This document shows, piece after piece, positions 12,901 through 25,036 of a stretch of 64,000 nucleotides of DNA; positions within the stretch are counted from its first letter, which is position 1, and every line of letters starts with the position of its first letter. A program made the translations under genes and the position numbers. Origin of the DNA: Blastocladiella emersonii ATCC 22665. Taxonomy: Eukaryota > Fungi > Blastocladiomycota. A model generated the notes under the pieces. That model was not told the DNA's origin. It did not search any database and saw only the letters and a list, made by a program, of their open reading frames with translations. The stretch spans positions 186,001 through 250,000 of the forward strand of contig JANHCV010000013.1 of the NCBI GenBank assembly GCA_025594325.1. Direction: 5' to 3'.

Positions 12901-15900
12901 CAACAAAGTATCTGACGATCGGGATGTATCAAACCGGCCATGCTGATAATTGTCATGGTACTCAAACATAATCATAGTCGAGTCTTCGAATATCCTCACG
13001 TCCACGTGGGCAAGGACCCAAAGCGCCAGGTATCCAAATCTACCCCGTTGTGCACACTCTCCATTATCCAAGTCTGTCATCCTACAATTTTGGAACCCGT
13101 CGGCAAAGCTCACGGTCCAATCAACGAACAACAGCCAACCTGCCAACCTGGCTACCTACCTGCCTACCTGCCTAGCTGGCTATCTGCCTACCTGCAAACC
13201 TGCCAACCTGCCCTACCTGCTAACCAAACACACACACCGCCTCGCAAGTCCTTGTGGGCCCGCGCTCTCTGGTTGCCGTCCCAGCCAACAAAGGAATGAA
13301 TGATGAGCCCTGGCAGCCTGGCAGCCTGCCACACTGACAGCCTGGCAGCCTGCCACACTGACAGCCTGACAGCGCCCACCCAGTAGTTATTAGCTACCTC
13401 GTATGTCATCTGAGAGGGGTTCAGCAGTCAATATACGACTGGTCTCCTCCTGGCTGGCAGCTCTGCTGTCCACTCCAAGTCCTGCATGATGATGGGCCAA
13501 GGAGCGTTACGAGCAGCTCCTCTGTCTATCCGCGTGAAACCACTCACCCGCTGACGGATGTACACCACGCACCGTGCAGCGCGCACAGCGCACAGCGCCC
13601 AACGCACCACGCGCTGCGCACACGGCGCAAACGGCCACCCTGGTGACACGCACACTCGCATGAACGGCAGGCATGCAAGGCGTCCTGAACTCAACGATGA
13701 TATATCGTCTAGGTCTGCTCGCTCCAACGGGTGCGCCTGCCTGCCCTCCCTGTGCCATGGATTGATTGATTCATGTCCAGTGCTGCCCCCATGCTTGCTT
13801 TCATGGCCGCGGGGTCCGTCAGGACGCCTTGCAATGGGTGCGCCAACCCCTGTTGCCAGCCATGTGGCAAGAAACACCACAGCACCTGCGTCGCCCTGGC
13901 CACCGTACCTTGCAAACAGCGTAGCAGCCGTACTGCTTCAGAGGGCTGCAGAGGGCTGGCTGCGGAGGGCTGAGGCGGCAGGGCTCCTCCTGCAGGAGAC
14001 AGTACTGGGGCCAAGGAGTTAGTGCTAGGGACTACTAACTGAATGGTGAATGACCCACACACCACATGCTCCTGGCAGGAGTGCGTGTGGGCGCGTGGGC
14101 CCGTGTCCGTGCGTGCCTGGATTAGTCCTCCATCACAAGTGACCAAGGTGACCAAGGTGACCAAGGTGACCAAGGTGACCAAGGTGACATGCAAGCACCA
14201 AGTTAGAGCGGCGGGGCAGCCATGGAAAGAAGGGCACAGGTACAAACTACCGTACCCTGGCCGCGGCCACTTGTCGCAGAACAGCCCTGCATGGCTCAGG
14301 ACGCGGCGGGCGTTGGAGACAGGGTAGGTAGGTAGGTAGCAGCAGCAGCAGCAAGGAGCAGGACCTGGCTGGCAAACAACACAAGTGAAGGCGTGCGTGA
14401 TGGAGTGAGAGAGTGTTGAATGAATGGATGGGTGGATGCGATGCAGACCAGCATACGTGTCGTGCGTCGTCCGGATTGGTCGGCGACCACCCGCCAATCC
14501 TGCGGCATGGCTGTGGGGGCGGCAGTGGTGGTAGTGGAGCTAGAGTGGTGTCGTGGGGCTGGTGGGGTCCCCTCTCCTTCCTGTCTCGCCTAGGTGGGTG
14601 GGCGGACGTAGCGCGCATGCGGGCGGGCAAGGTAGGAACGTTGTTCAAGCAATGGATCATGTACTTTATGGCATGTGATCTGCAAGACAGGGAGGGGGAG
14701 CGACTGTGTCTAATTTTGACCGAGGGACCTTGCTGCAGCCAACGTCTGGCCCAATCCGACCCTCCACAAATCGCAACATGCACGAAACAAATTAGCTGAC
14801 GTTTGGGATGTACCAAACCAGCCACGTAGATAACTTTCATGGTACTCAAACAAGACCATACTCAAATCTTTGACTTCCTGCATGTCCAGCTAGCCAGGCT
14901 TCTGTAAATCACATTGATGACGCAACAAAATATCTGGCCATAAGAATATTGTAAACCAGCCACTCTGGCAATTGTCATGGCACTCAAACAAAACCATATT
15001 CAAATCTTCGACTTCCCGCATGCCCATGTGGGCAAGGACCTATAAATCACAGTATCGAACCAACAAAATATCTGACCATAGAAACATAGTATACCAGCCA
15101 CGAGGACAATTGTCATGGTACTCAAACAAAACCATATTCAAATCTTTGACTATTCACATGTCTAGCTGGTTGGCGACCCATAAATCGTAACATTGGAGCA
15201 ACAAAATATCTGACCACGGAAATACAGTAAACAAGCCCCGGAGATAATTGTCATGGTTCTCAAACAAAACCATATTCAGATCTTTGAATACCCCATGTCC
15301 AGGTGGTTGGGGGCCCAGAAATCGTAACATCGAACCAACAAAATATTTGACCATAGAAATATACTAAACCAGCCACGTACGTAATTGTCGCGTTACTTAA
15401 ACAAAACCATACTCAAAACTTTGACTTCCCGCATGTTCACCTAGCCAGGTACCCATAAATCACAGTATCGAGCCAACAAAAGATCTGACAATGGAAATAT
15501 AGTAAACCGGCCGCGGAGAGAATTCTCATGGTACTCAAATGAAACCATACTCAAATCTATGACTTCCCACATGTCCAGCTGGTTGAGGACCCATAAATCG
15601 TAACGTCAAAGCAACAATGTATCTGACCATGGGAATATAGTAAACGAGCCCCGGAGATAATTGTCATGGTACGCAAACAAAACCATACTCAAGTCTATGC
15701 CTTCCCACATGTCCAGCTGGTTGGGGATCCATAAATCCCAGTATCGAACCAACAAGATATCTGACCATTGGACTATATGTAACCGATCCCGTAGGTAATT
15801 GTCATGATACCCAAACAAAACCATATTCAAATCTTTCACATCCCGCATGTCCAGCTAGCCAGGGACCCATAAATCACAGTATCCAACCAACAAAGTATCT

Positions 15901-18900
15901 GACCAAAGAAAGATCATAAACCAGCCACGCAGATAATTGTCATGGTATTCAAACAAAACCATACTCAAATCTTCGAATACCCGATGTCCAGGTGGGCAAG
16001 GGCCTATACATCACAGTGTTGAACCAACAAAGTATCTGACGATCGGGATGTATCAAACCGGCCATGCTGATAATTGTCATGGTACTCAAACATAATCATA
16101 GTCGAGTCTTCGAATATCCTCACGTCCACGTGGGCAAGGACCCAAAGCGCCAGGTATCCAAATCTACCCCGTTGTGCACACTCTCCATTATCCAAGTCTG
16201 TCATCCTACAATTTTGGAACCCGTCGGCAAAGCTCACGGTCCAATCAACGAACAACAGCCAACCTGCCAACCTGGCTACCTACCTGCCTACCTGCCTAGC
16301 TGGCTATCTGCCTACCTGCAAACCTGCCAACCTGCCCTACCTGCTAACCAAACACACACACCGCCTCGCAAGTCCTTGTGGGCCCGCGCTCTCTGGTTGC
16401 CGTCCCAGCCAACAAAGGAATGAATGATGAGCCCTGGCAGCCTGGCAGCCTGCCACACTGACAGCCTGGCAGCCTGCCACACTGACAGCCTGACAGCGCC
16501 CACCCAGTAGTTATTAGCTACCTCGTATGTCATCTGAGAGGGGTTCAGCAGTCAATATACGACTGGTCTCCTCCTGGCTGGCAGCTCTGCTGTCCACTCC
16601 AAGTCCTGCATGATGATGGGCCAAGGAGCGTTACGAGCAGCTCCTCTGTCTATCCGCGTGAAACCACTCACCCGCTGACGGATGTACACCACGCACCGTG
16701 CAGCGCGCACAGCGCACAGCGCCCAACGCACCACGCGCTGCGCACACGGCGCAAACGGCCACCCTGGTGACACGCACACTCGCATGAACGGCAGGCATGC
16801 AAGGCGTCCTGAACTCAACGATGATATATCGTCTAGGTCTGCTCGCTCCAACGGGTGCGCCTGCCTGCCCTCCCTGTGCCATGGATTGATTGATTCATGT
16901 CCAGTGCTGCCCCCATGCTTGCTTTCATGGCCGCGGGGTCCGTCAGGACGCCTTGCAATGGGTGCGCCAACCCCTGTTGCCAGCCATGTGGCAAGAAACA
17001 CCACAGCACCTGCGTCGCCCTGGCCACCGTACCTTGCAAACAGCGTAGCAGCCGTACTGCTTCAGAGGGCTGCAGAGGGCTGGCTGCGGAGGGCTGAGGC
17101 GGCAGGGCTCCTCCTGCAGGAGACAGTACTGGGGCCAAGGAGTTAGTGCTAGGGACTACTAACTGAATGGTGAATGACCCACACACCACATGCTCCTGGC
17201 AGGAGTGCGTGTGGGCGCGTGGGCCCGTGTCCGTGCGTGCCTGGATTAGTCCTCCATCACAAGTGACCAAGGTGACCAAGGTGACCAAGGTGACCAAGGT
17301 GACCAAGGTGACATGCAAGCACCAAGTTAGAGCGGCGGGGCAGCCATGGAAAGAAGGGCACAGGTACAAACTACCGTACCCTGGCCGCGGCCACTTGTCG
17401 CAGAACAGCCCTGCATGGCTCAGGACGCGGCGGGCGTTGGAGACAGGGTAGGTAGGTAGGTAGCAGCAGCAGCAGCAAGGAGCAGGACCTGGCTGGCAAA
17501 CAACACAAGTGAAGGCGTGCGTGATGGAGTGAGAGAGTGTTGAATGAATGGATGGGTGGATGCGATGCAGACCAGCATACGTGTCGTGCGTCGTCCGGAT
17601 TGGTCGGCGACCACCCGCCAATCCTGCGGCATGGCTGTGGGGGCGGCAGTGGTGGTAGTGGAGCTAGAGTGGTGTCGTGGGGCTGGTGGGGTCCCCTCTC
17701 CTTCCTGTCTCGCCTAGGTGGGTGGGCGGACGTAGCGCGCATGCGGGCGGGCAAGGTAGGAACGTTGTTCAAGCAATGGATCATGTACTTTATGGCATGT
17801 GATCTGCAAGACAGGGAGGGGGAGCGACTGTGTCTAATTTTGACCGAGGGACCTTGCTGCAGCCAACGTCTGGCCCAATCCGACCCTCCACAAATCGCAA
17901 CATGCACGAAACAAATTAGCTGACGTTTGGGATGTACCAAACCAGCCACGTAGATAACTTTCATGGTACTCAAACAAGACCATACTCAAATCTTTGACTT
18001 CCTGCATGTCCAGCTAGCCAGGCTTCTGTAAATCACATTGATGACGCAACAAAATATCTGGCCATAAGAATATTGTAAACCAGCCACTCTGGCAATTGTC
18101 ATGGCACTCAAACAAAACCATATTCAAATCTTCGACTTCCCGCATGCCCATGTGGGCAAGGACCTATAAATCACAGTATCGAACCAACAAAATATCTGAC
18201 CATAGAAACATAGTATACCAGCCACGAGGACAATTGTCATGGTACTCAAACAAAACCATATTCAAATCTTTGACTATTCACATGTCTAGCTGGTTGGCGA
18301 CCCATAAATCGTAACATTGGAGCAACAAAATATCTGACCACGGAAATACAGTAAACAAGCCCCGGAGATAATTGTCATGGTTCTCAAACAAAACCATATT
18401 CAGATCTTTGAATACCCCATGTCCAGGTGGTTGGGGGCCCAGAAATCGTAACATCGAACCAACAAAATATTTGACCATAGAAATATACTAAACCAGCCAC
18501 GTACGTAATTGTCGCGTTACTTAAACAAAACCATACTCAAAACTTTGACTTCCCGCATGTTCACCTAGCCAGGTACCCATAAATCACAGTATCGAGCCAA
18601 CAAAAGATCTGACAATGGAAATATAGTAAACCGGCCGCGGAGAGAATTCTCATGGTACTCAAATGAAACCATACTCAAATCTATGACTTCCCACATGTCC
18701 AGCTGGTTGAGGACCCATAAATCGTAACGTCAAAGCAACAATGTATCTGACCATGGGAATATAGTAAACGAGCCCCGGAGATAATTGTCATGGTACGCAA
18801 ACAAAACCATACTCAAGTCTATGCCTTCCCACATGTCCAGCTGGTTGGGGATCCATAAATCCCAGTATCGAACCAACAAGATATCTGACCATTGGACTAT

Positions 18901-21082
18901 ATGTAACCGATCCCGTAGGTAATTGTCATGATACCCAAACAAAACCATATTCAAATCTTTCACATCCCGCATGTCCAGCTAGCCAGGGACCCATAAATCA
19001 CAGTATCCAACCAACAAAGTATCTGACCAAAGAAAGATCATAAACCAGCCACGCAGATAATTGTCATGGTATTCAAACAAAACCATACTCAAATCTTCGA
19101 ATACCCGATGTCCAGGTGGGCAAGGGCCTATACATCACAGTGTTGAACCAACAAAGTATCTGACGATCGGGATGTATCAAACCGGCCATGCTGATAATTG
19201 TCATGGTACTCAAACATAATCATAGTCGAGTCTTCGAATATCCTCACGTCCACGTGGGCAAGGACCCAAAGCGCCAGGTATCCAAATCTACCCCGTTGTG
19301 CACACTCTCCATTATCCAAGTCTGTCATCCTACAATTTTGGAACCCGTCGGCAAAGCTCACGGTCCAATCAACGAACAACAGCCAACCTGCCAACCTGGC
19401 TACCTACCTGCCTACCTGCCTAGCTGGCTATCTGCCTACCTGCAAACCTGCCAACCTGCCCTACCTGCTAACCAAACACACACACCGCCTCGCAAGTCCT
19501 TGTGGGCCCGCGCTCTCTGGTTGCCGTCCCAGCCAACAAAGGAATGAATGATGAGCCCTGGCAGCCTGGCAGCCTGCCACACTGACAGCCTGGCAGCCTG
19601 CCACACTGACAGCCTGACAGCGCCCACCCAGTAGTTATTAGCTACCTCGTATGTCATCTGAGAGGGGTTCAGCAGTCAATATACGACTGGTCTCCTCCTG
19701 GCTGGCAGCTCTGCTGTCCACTCCAAGTCCTGCATGATGATGGGCCAAGGAGCGTTACGAGCAGCTCCTCTGTCTATCCGCGTGAAACCACTCACCCGCT
19801 GACGGATGTACACCACGCACCGTGCAGCGCGCACAGCGCACAGCGCCCAACGCACCACGCGCTGCGCACACGGCGCAAACGGCCACCCTGGTGACACGCA
19901 CACTCGCATGAACGGCAGGCATGCAAGGCGTCCTGAACTCAACGATGATATATCGTCTAGGTCTGCTCGCTCCAACGGGTGCGCCTGCCTGCCCTCCCTG
20001 TGCCATGGATTGATTGATTCATGTCCAGTGCTGCCCCCATGCTTGCTTTCATGGCCGCGGGGTCCGTCAGGACGCCTTGCAATGGGTGCGCCAACCCCTG
20101 TTGCCAGCCATGTGGCAAGAAACACCACAGCACCTGCGTCGCCCTGGCCACCGTACCTTGCAAACAGCGTAGCAGCCGTACTGCTTCAGAGGGCTGCAGA
20201 GGGCTGGCTGCGGAGGGCTGAGGCGGCAGGGCTCCTCCTGCAGGAGACAGTACTGGGGCCAAGGAGTTAGTGCTAGGGACTACTAACTGAATGGTGAATG
20301 ACCCACACACCACATGCTCCTGGCAGGAGTGCGTGTGGGCGCGTGGGCCCGTGTCCGTGCGTGCCTGGATTAGTCCTCCATCACAAGTGACCAAGGTGAC
20401 CAAGGTGACCAAGGTGACCAAGGTGACCAAGGTGACATGCAAGCACCAAGTTAGAGCGGCGGGGCAGCCATGGAAAGAAGGGCACAGGTACAAACTACCG
20501 TACCCTGGCCGCGGCCACTTGTCGCAGAACAGCCCTGCATGGCTCAGGACGCGGCGGGCGTTGGAGACAGGGTAGGTAGGTAGGTAGCAGCAGCAGCAGC
20601 AAGGAGCAGGACCTGGCTGGCAAACAACACAAGTGAAGGCGTGCGTGATGGAGTGAGAGAGTGTTGAATGAATGGATGGGTGGATGCGATGCAGACCAGC
20701 ATACGTGTCGTACGTCGTCCAGATTGGTCTTTTTTTTTGGAACCTTTGATTTATTCCTTAACAGCGGTTGTAACCTGCAAGCAGAGTATCCACTGTACGA
20801 CAGGCGCCGGCCTTTTCTGGCAGGGCTGCAATGCAGCAAGGCCTGGACCACGCACGTCGAGGAGCAAAGGGGAAGAAGTGAGGGAGGGAGGGAAGATAGG
20901 ACAAACGGACGGAGCAAATCAGACCAGTAGCGTCAAACGAGCAGTAGCGAGAGAGGGAGCGAATGAACAATAATCGAGACCGAGCTGGGCGACATGCTGG
21001 GCTGGCCAGCGAGAGAGCGAGGGCACGCCGGAAAGCCAGTAGCAGTACTGTGACTTTGGCCGTGGCCCAAGAGGAACGTCAG

Positions 21083-21147
21083 TTTTTCTTTTCTTCTTCT
21101 GTTTTGTCTTTTCTTTTCTTTTCTTTTCTTTTCTTTTCTTTTCTTTT
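21083..21147 (-). repeat. (GAAAA)n A-rich microsatellite 3' of the LINE ORF
   Basis: (TTTTC)n on the + strand. Confidence 0.95.
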
Positions 21148-21208
21148 GTGTCAACCCATGCACCGATGGGCATGATTCAGCGACGACCACGCGGTTCCTT
21201 CGGACTTG

Positions 21209-23131
21209 TCACTTCAGGATGTGCTTTGGGGAGCCGAGCAGCCAAAGACGGACGGAGGGATCTGCAGCAAGAGCCGCCTGGGCCGCAGTGGTGGGCGGGC
21301 ACACGGGCGGGTCTTCTTCACGCCCAGAGGGGTTGGGGCCGTGGGAGTGCATCGAGTGCAAGCACCGCGTGCAGTAGTGGTGTTTGTTGATGAACTTGAG
21401 GGTGGCCCTGTGTTGGCCAAATGGACGTCGGACGCGTGCGCTCGCCTCGCGGGGCGGAGCGTCGGAAAAGTTGAGCGGGTCGACCTCGGCGTACCCAGCG
21501 GCATGGGGGAGCCAGCCGAGTCGCCAGAGGGAGCGCGAGGCCACGGAGGTGATGGCCGCGAGGACGGGCCGGGTGAGGGCGCGGTCGAGTTGGAGGGCCC
21601 GCGAGCCGAACGATACGTCGCGGGCGCGTAGAACGCAGCCGGCGAGGCGGGAGAGGGCGTCGGGGTCGCGCCAGATGGAGGCCCCGAGCCGGGCGCCAAA
21701 GTTGTGGAGGGCGTCGGTTGCGCCAGCAATGGACTCGCCGACCATGGTGTAGCCGGGCGTGCTGAGGTCCTCGCCTTGGATAGGAGAGAGAGGCGGTGGT
21801 AGTGTAGGTGGAGGTGGAGGTGGAGTCGGCATATTTGGTGCCCGTGCAGTGGAGGCGGCGGCGGCAGTAGCGGCGGCGGCGGCAACAGAGGCAGCGGTGC
21901 GGCGAGCGGAGCGCTCAATGGACTTTTGCGCAGAGCCCAGCGCGGCGGACACGGCCGCGGCGTTACGGGTGCAGATCATCCAGTGGCTTCCGTCGTCAAT
22001 GGCTACTTGGCACCTAGGACACACCGGTGAAGTGACTAGAGTAGGATGGCGGGTGTGCAGCAGTGAGCGAGTGGGTGTGATCCCAAGGAGGTGGCGAACG
22101 CGATAGACGATGTCGCGGTTCGCAGCGCTGGAGGTGCGCTTATCAAGCGGGCGGGAGCCGGAGCCAATGGCCATGGAGGTCGCGGTCATGTCAGGGTGCT
22201 CATCGGGGTCAGGGGAGGTGTGGAGGGAGGAGAGGAGGGCGGACTTGGAGCGCAGGGTCGCATCGCAGCGTGCAGTGGACAGGATCTTGAGGAATGCAGT
22301 GGAGGATGTGGGAACGGGGACGTCATCAAAACACAGCGCATGCTGAACATCTAATCGGATCTGTTTGGCGAAGAGGGGAGCGAGGACGAGCTCTTGGGCC
22401 AGATTGACCCTGTCAGCGGCGAGCCCGTCAGCGATCTCGTTCCCCTCAACGCCGGCGTGCCCGCGGACCCAGGAGATCGTGAAGGTCACACGGCGGGCAC
22501 GCGCGGCCGCCACTGCAAACGACCATGCGTCGCTAGAACTGAGGGAAGAAGGAAAGCCAGAATCAGACGACGAGGAGGAAAGGAACGATAGGACGCGGAT
22601 GGCCGATGCAATGGCAGCCTGGGAGTCAGAGTAGATGTGGATCCGCGAGCGCTGTGGTGCCGCGGCGACCGCAAGCGCGATCGCCCACGCCTCGGCTCGC
22701 GTAGAAGAAGCTACGCCAGGCGAGACGCGCGCTGACAGACGGACACCAAGCGTCGGGAACCACACGCCCTCTCCAAGGCGGGACGACCCGACCCCGTCCG
22801 CAGCTGGCACCATGGAGCCGTCCGTGTAGACAGGCACCAGTGCAGGATCGAGGTCGAGCGGGCCCGCCTGAGCCGGGACTTGTGTCACGCGAAGACCTGC
22901 GGTGAAGGCCTCGCGGATGTTGATGGGTGGGGCAACTTGGTCGTCAACACTGAGTGGGTAACTCTCGCGGGTGCGAAAGGCTGCACACGGGCCCCACTGT
23001 GGATGGGCATGAGGGTCGCCGAGATAGGCCTGAAGCAAGCAGGTCGCGTCTCGGCGGGGTGTAACCAGGCCGAGTGTGCGCGGACTTGAAGGAACCGCGA
23101 CCTGCATACGGGAGGAGAGGGAAAGCGTCAT
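21209..23131 (-). CDS. C-terminal part of LINE ORF2: RNase H, CCHC finger (CPRC-x7-H-x3-C), Ala/Pro-rich linker and a second Cys/His motif
   Basis: 640-codon open frame with canonical RNase HI catalytic motifs; probably not independently expressed. Confidence 0.8.
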   Translation of the reverse strand: MTLSLSSRMQVAVPSSPRTLGLVTPRRDATCLLQAYLGDPHAHPQWGPCAAFRTRESYPLSVDDQVAPPINIREAFTAGLRVTQVPAQAGPLDLDPALVPVYTDGSMVPAADGVGSSRLGEGVWFPTLGVRLSARVSPGVASSTRAEAWAIALAVAAAPQRSRIHIYSDSQAAIASAIRVLSFLSSSSSDSGFPSSLSSSDAWSFAVAAARARRVTFTISWVRGHAGVEGNEIADGLAADRVNLAQELVLAPLFAKQIRLDVQHALCFDDVPVPTSSTAFLKILSTARCDATLRSKSALLSSLHTSPDPDEHPDMTATSMAIGSGSRPLDKRTSSAANRDIVYRVRHLLGITPTRSLLHTRHPTLVTSPVCPRCQVAIDDGSHWMICTRNAAAVSAALGSAQKSIERSARRTAASVAAAAATAAAASTARAPNMPTPPPPPPTLPPPLSPIQGEDLSTPGYTMVGESIAGATDALHNFGARLGASIWRDPDALSRLAGCVLRARDVSFGSRALQLDRALTRPVLAAITSVASRSLWRLGWLPHAAGYAEVDPLNFSDAPPREASARVRRPFGQHRATLKFINKHHYCTRCLHSMHSHGPNPSGREEDPPVCPPTTAAQAALAADPSVRLWLLGSPKHILK

Positions 23132-24500
23132 CTGCGCCTTTCGAAATATCGTTACAAAGGAGGGGATCGTAGAGACAGGACCACATTAGCGGGGACTCAA
23201 CGGCGCCCTGGGGCACGCCGCGGAGACACGGGATCGGTTCGGTGAGCCCATACGCGGTGATCACACGCGATGTGCGACCCTCAAGGAACTGCGTGCAGTA
23301 CAACTCAACGAACGGCTCAGGCAGACGGATGCGGCGCAGGGCCAGCCGCAGGATCGAGTGCGGGACCGTGTCGAACGCCTTGCTCCTGTCCTCAAAGTAC
23401 ACGTACATGGCCTTGTCCGAGTCGCGGGCATGGTCAATGGCGGACGAGAGGAGCTGGACAGGAACGGCCGTATCTGTCCCAGGCAGGACAGAGTATTTTG
23501 CGCCGCGCGGCACGTCGTGCTCACCGAGGACGGGCATCATGCGCGACACGAGGATCTTCATAAACAGCTTCGACGCGGTTTCCATGAGCGTGATGGGCCG
23601 CATTGCTGCAGCGGTGCCCGTGTACCCCGCGTCGGTCCTCGGGATCAGGTAGATGGAGCCCTCGCGCCACTGAGCGGGAGCGACGCCTGTGCGGAGGATG
23701 TCGTTGAAGAGCCTCAACAGGTCGGCACGCGCGCGCGGGCCCGACTCGCGCAGGAAACGATACGTGATGCCAGACGGGCCGGGCGCCTTGTCAGGATGGA
23801 CCGCCTTCAGTGCGGCGTCGAGCTCACCCGCCGAAATAGGGTCCATGAGCGAGCTCCATATGGCCGGGTCAACGTGGTCGAGCGGGGCAAACGCAGCAGC
23901 CCACTCCGCTGGAAGCGGCGGGAGGTCAACCCGGTCGAACCACCCGGCCACCTCCGCGGCCAACCGCCGCCGCTTCACCTCGACGGGGTCCCAGACGGTC
24001 GGTTCGTCGTTCGTACCTTGATAGTAATCGATGGTGGCGTTGACGCGCTTGCGGCCCAGAATCGAGTTGAGCGCCGCGCGCAAGTCACTGTTGAAGAGGC
24101 TCTCGCGCCGCTCGACCGCCGCCTGGATCCGACTCTCCATCTTCGCGGCAGCGTCGCGGACACGAGCCCTGGTGATGAGCGCGCGGGCTGACCGAAACTG
24201 GCTCTTTAGCGGACGGGCGAAAACGGCTTCGGGATTCTGGCTGAGCCGTTCTACCAGCAAGCGAACAGCATCAGGCATTGGCCCAACGTGGTTAGCGCGC
24301 TTCCACTCCCACAGATCGCCCATCTCTGGAACGTGGAGGTCTGAACGAACGTAGAGAGTGTTAGTCTTCGCCCGCTTCCCACTAGCCCTATAGCGCAGGA
24401 GGCGGAGGCTAAGGGCGACGTGGATCTGAGTGTCCTTCATGCGATCCCACTGCGACTGCACAGAAGCCTGCGCGGCCACCGGACCAGACACGGCCAGGCG
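23131..24500 (-). pseudogene. Non-LTR reverse transcriptase, truncated
   Basis: RT domains 0-4 are recognisable up to GVPQGAVESPLMWSCLYDPLL. No YADD-type motif (only GADD at the junction) and no domains 6-7 or thumb follow; the frame changes before RNase H. Confidence 0.88.
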
Positions 24501-25036
24501 CCCGGAGACCCTGATAGTAGTCGATGGTGGCGTTGACGCGCTTGCGGCCCAGGATCGAGTTGAGCGCCGCGCGCAAGTCACTGTTGAAGAGGCCGTCGCG
24601 CCGCTCGACCGCCGCCTGGACCCGACTCTCCATCTTGGCGGCAGCGTCGCGGACACGAGCCCTGGTGATGAGCGCGCGGGCCAACCGAAATTGGTTTTTC
24701 GGCGGTCACGCGAAAACCGCCCCGGGAGTCTGACTGAGCACCTGGGCGAGCGTGCGGACAGCGTCGGCAGCAACCCCACGAAATCAGCAAGTTCCCGCTA
24801 CGATGAGCAATCCATGTCGGTCCTCGCGGATAGAAGTCGCCAAGTTGATTGCTTCCTTCCAGCGCTGTAGCAAACTCAACAGCGTGACAGTTATGAGTTT
24901 GAGGGCATGGACACTATATTAATCGTGTGTCGCGCGATCAAGGCCACGCAGGGTAACAGCAGCTTGATGATTTGAAGATACGAAATCTCGGCAGGCCCGT
25001 GCGGACCAGGCAGAAGCGTATCCTGCAACGGTTCGA

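Larger units (their letters stand above)
1..20729. repeat. Tandem array of a 3124-bp unit (>=6.6 copies, continues off the left edge)
   Basis: Unit starts at 1, 3101, 6225, 9349, 12473, 15597 and 18721, and the ORF track repeats with the same period. The first copy is 24 bp shorter. Only a handful of substitutions between copies were found by eye. Confidence 0.99.
20730..24770 (-). mobile_element. Decayed, 5'-truncated, chimeric non-LTR retrotransposon (LINE with RT and RNase H)
   Basis: T9 at 20730-20738 is a minus-strand poly(A) with AATAAA just upstream. RT motifs (KAPGPSG, RPITL, EDRSKAFDTV, GVPQG) and RNase H motifs (YTDGS, RAE, SDSQ, WVRGHAGVEGNEIADGLA) are present, then a CCHC finger. 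No endonuclease domain is visible. Confidence 0.93.

Noticed and set aside
1-20729. Telomeric repeat tract
   Set aside because: No TTAGGG-like tandem hexamer run; a subtelomeric location cannot be judged from this window.
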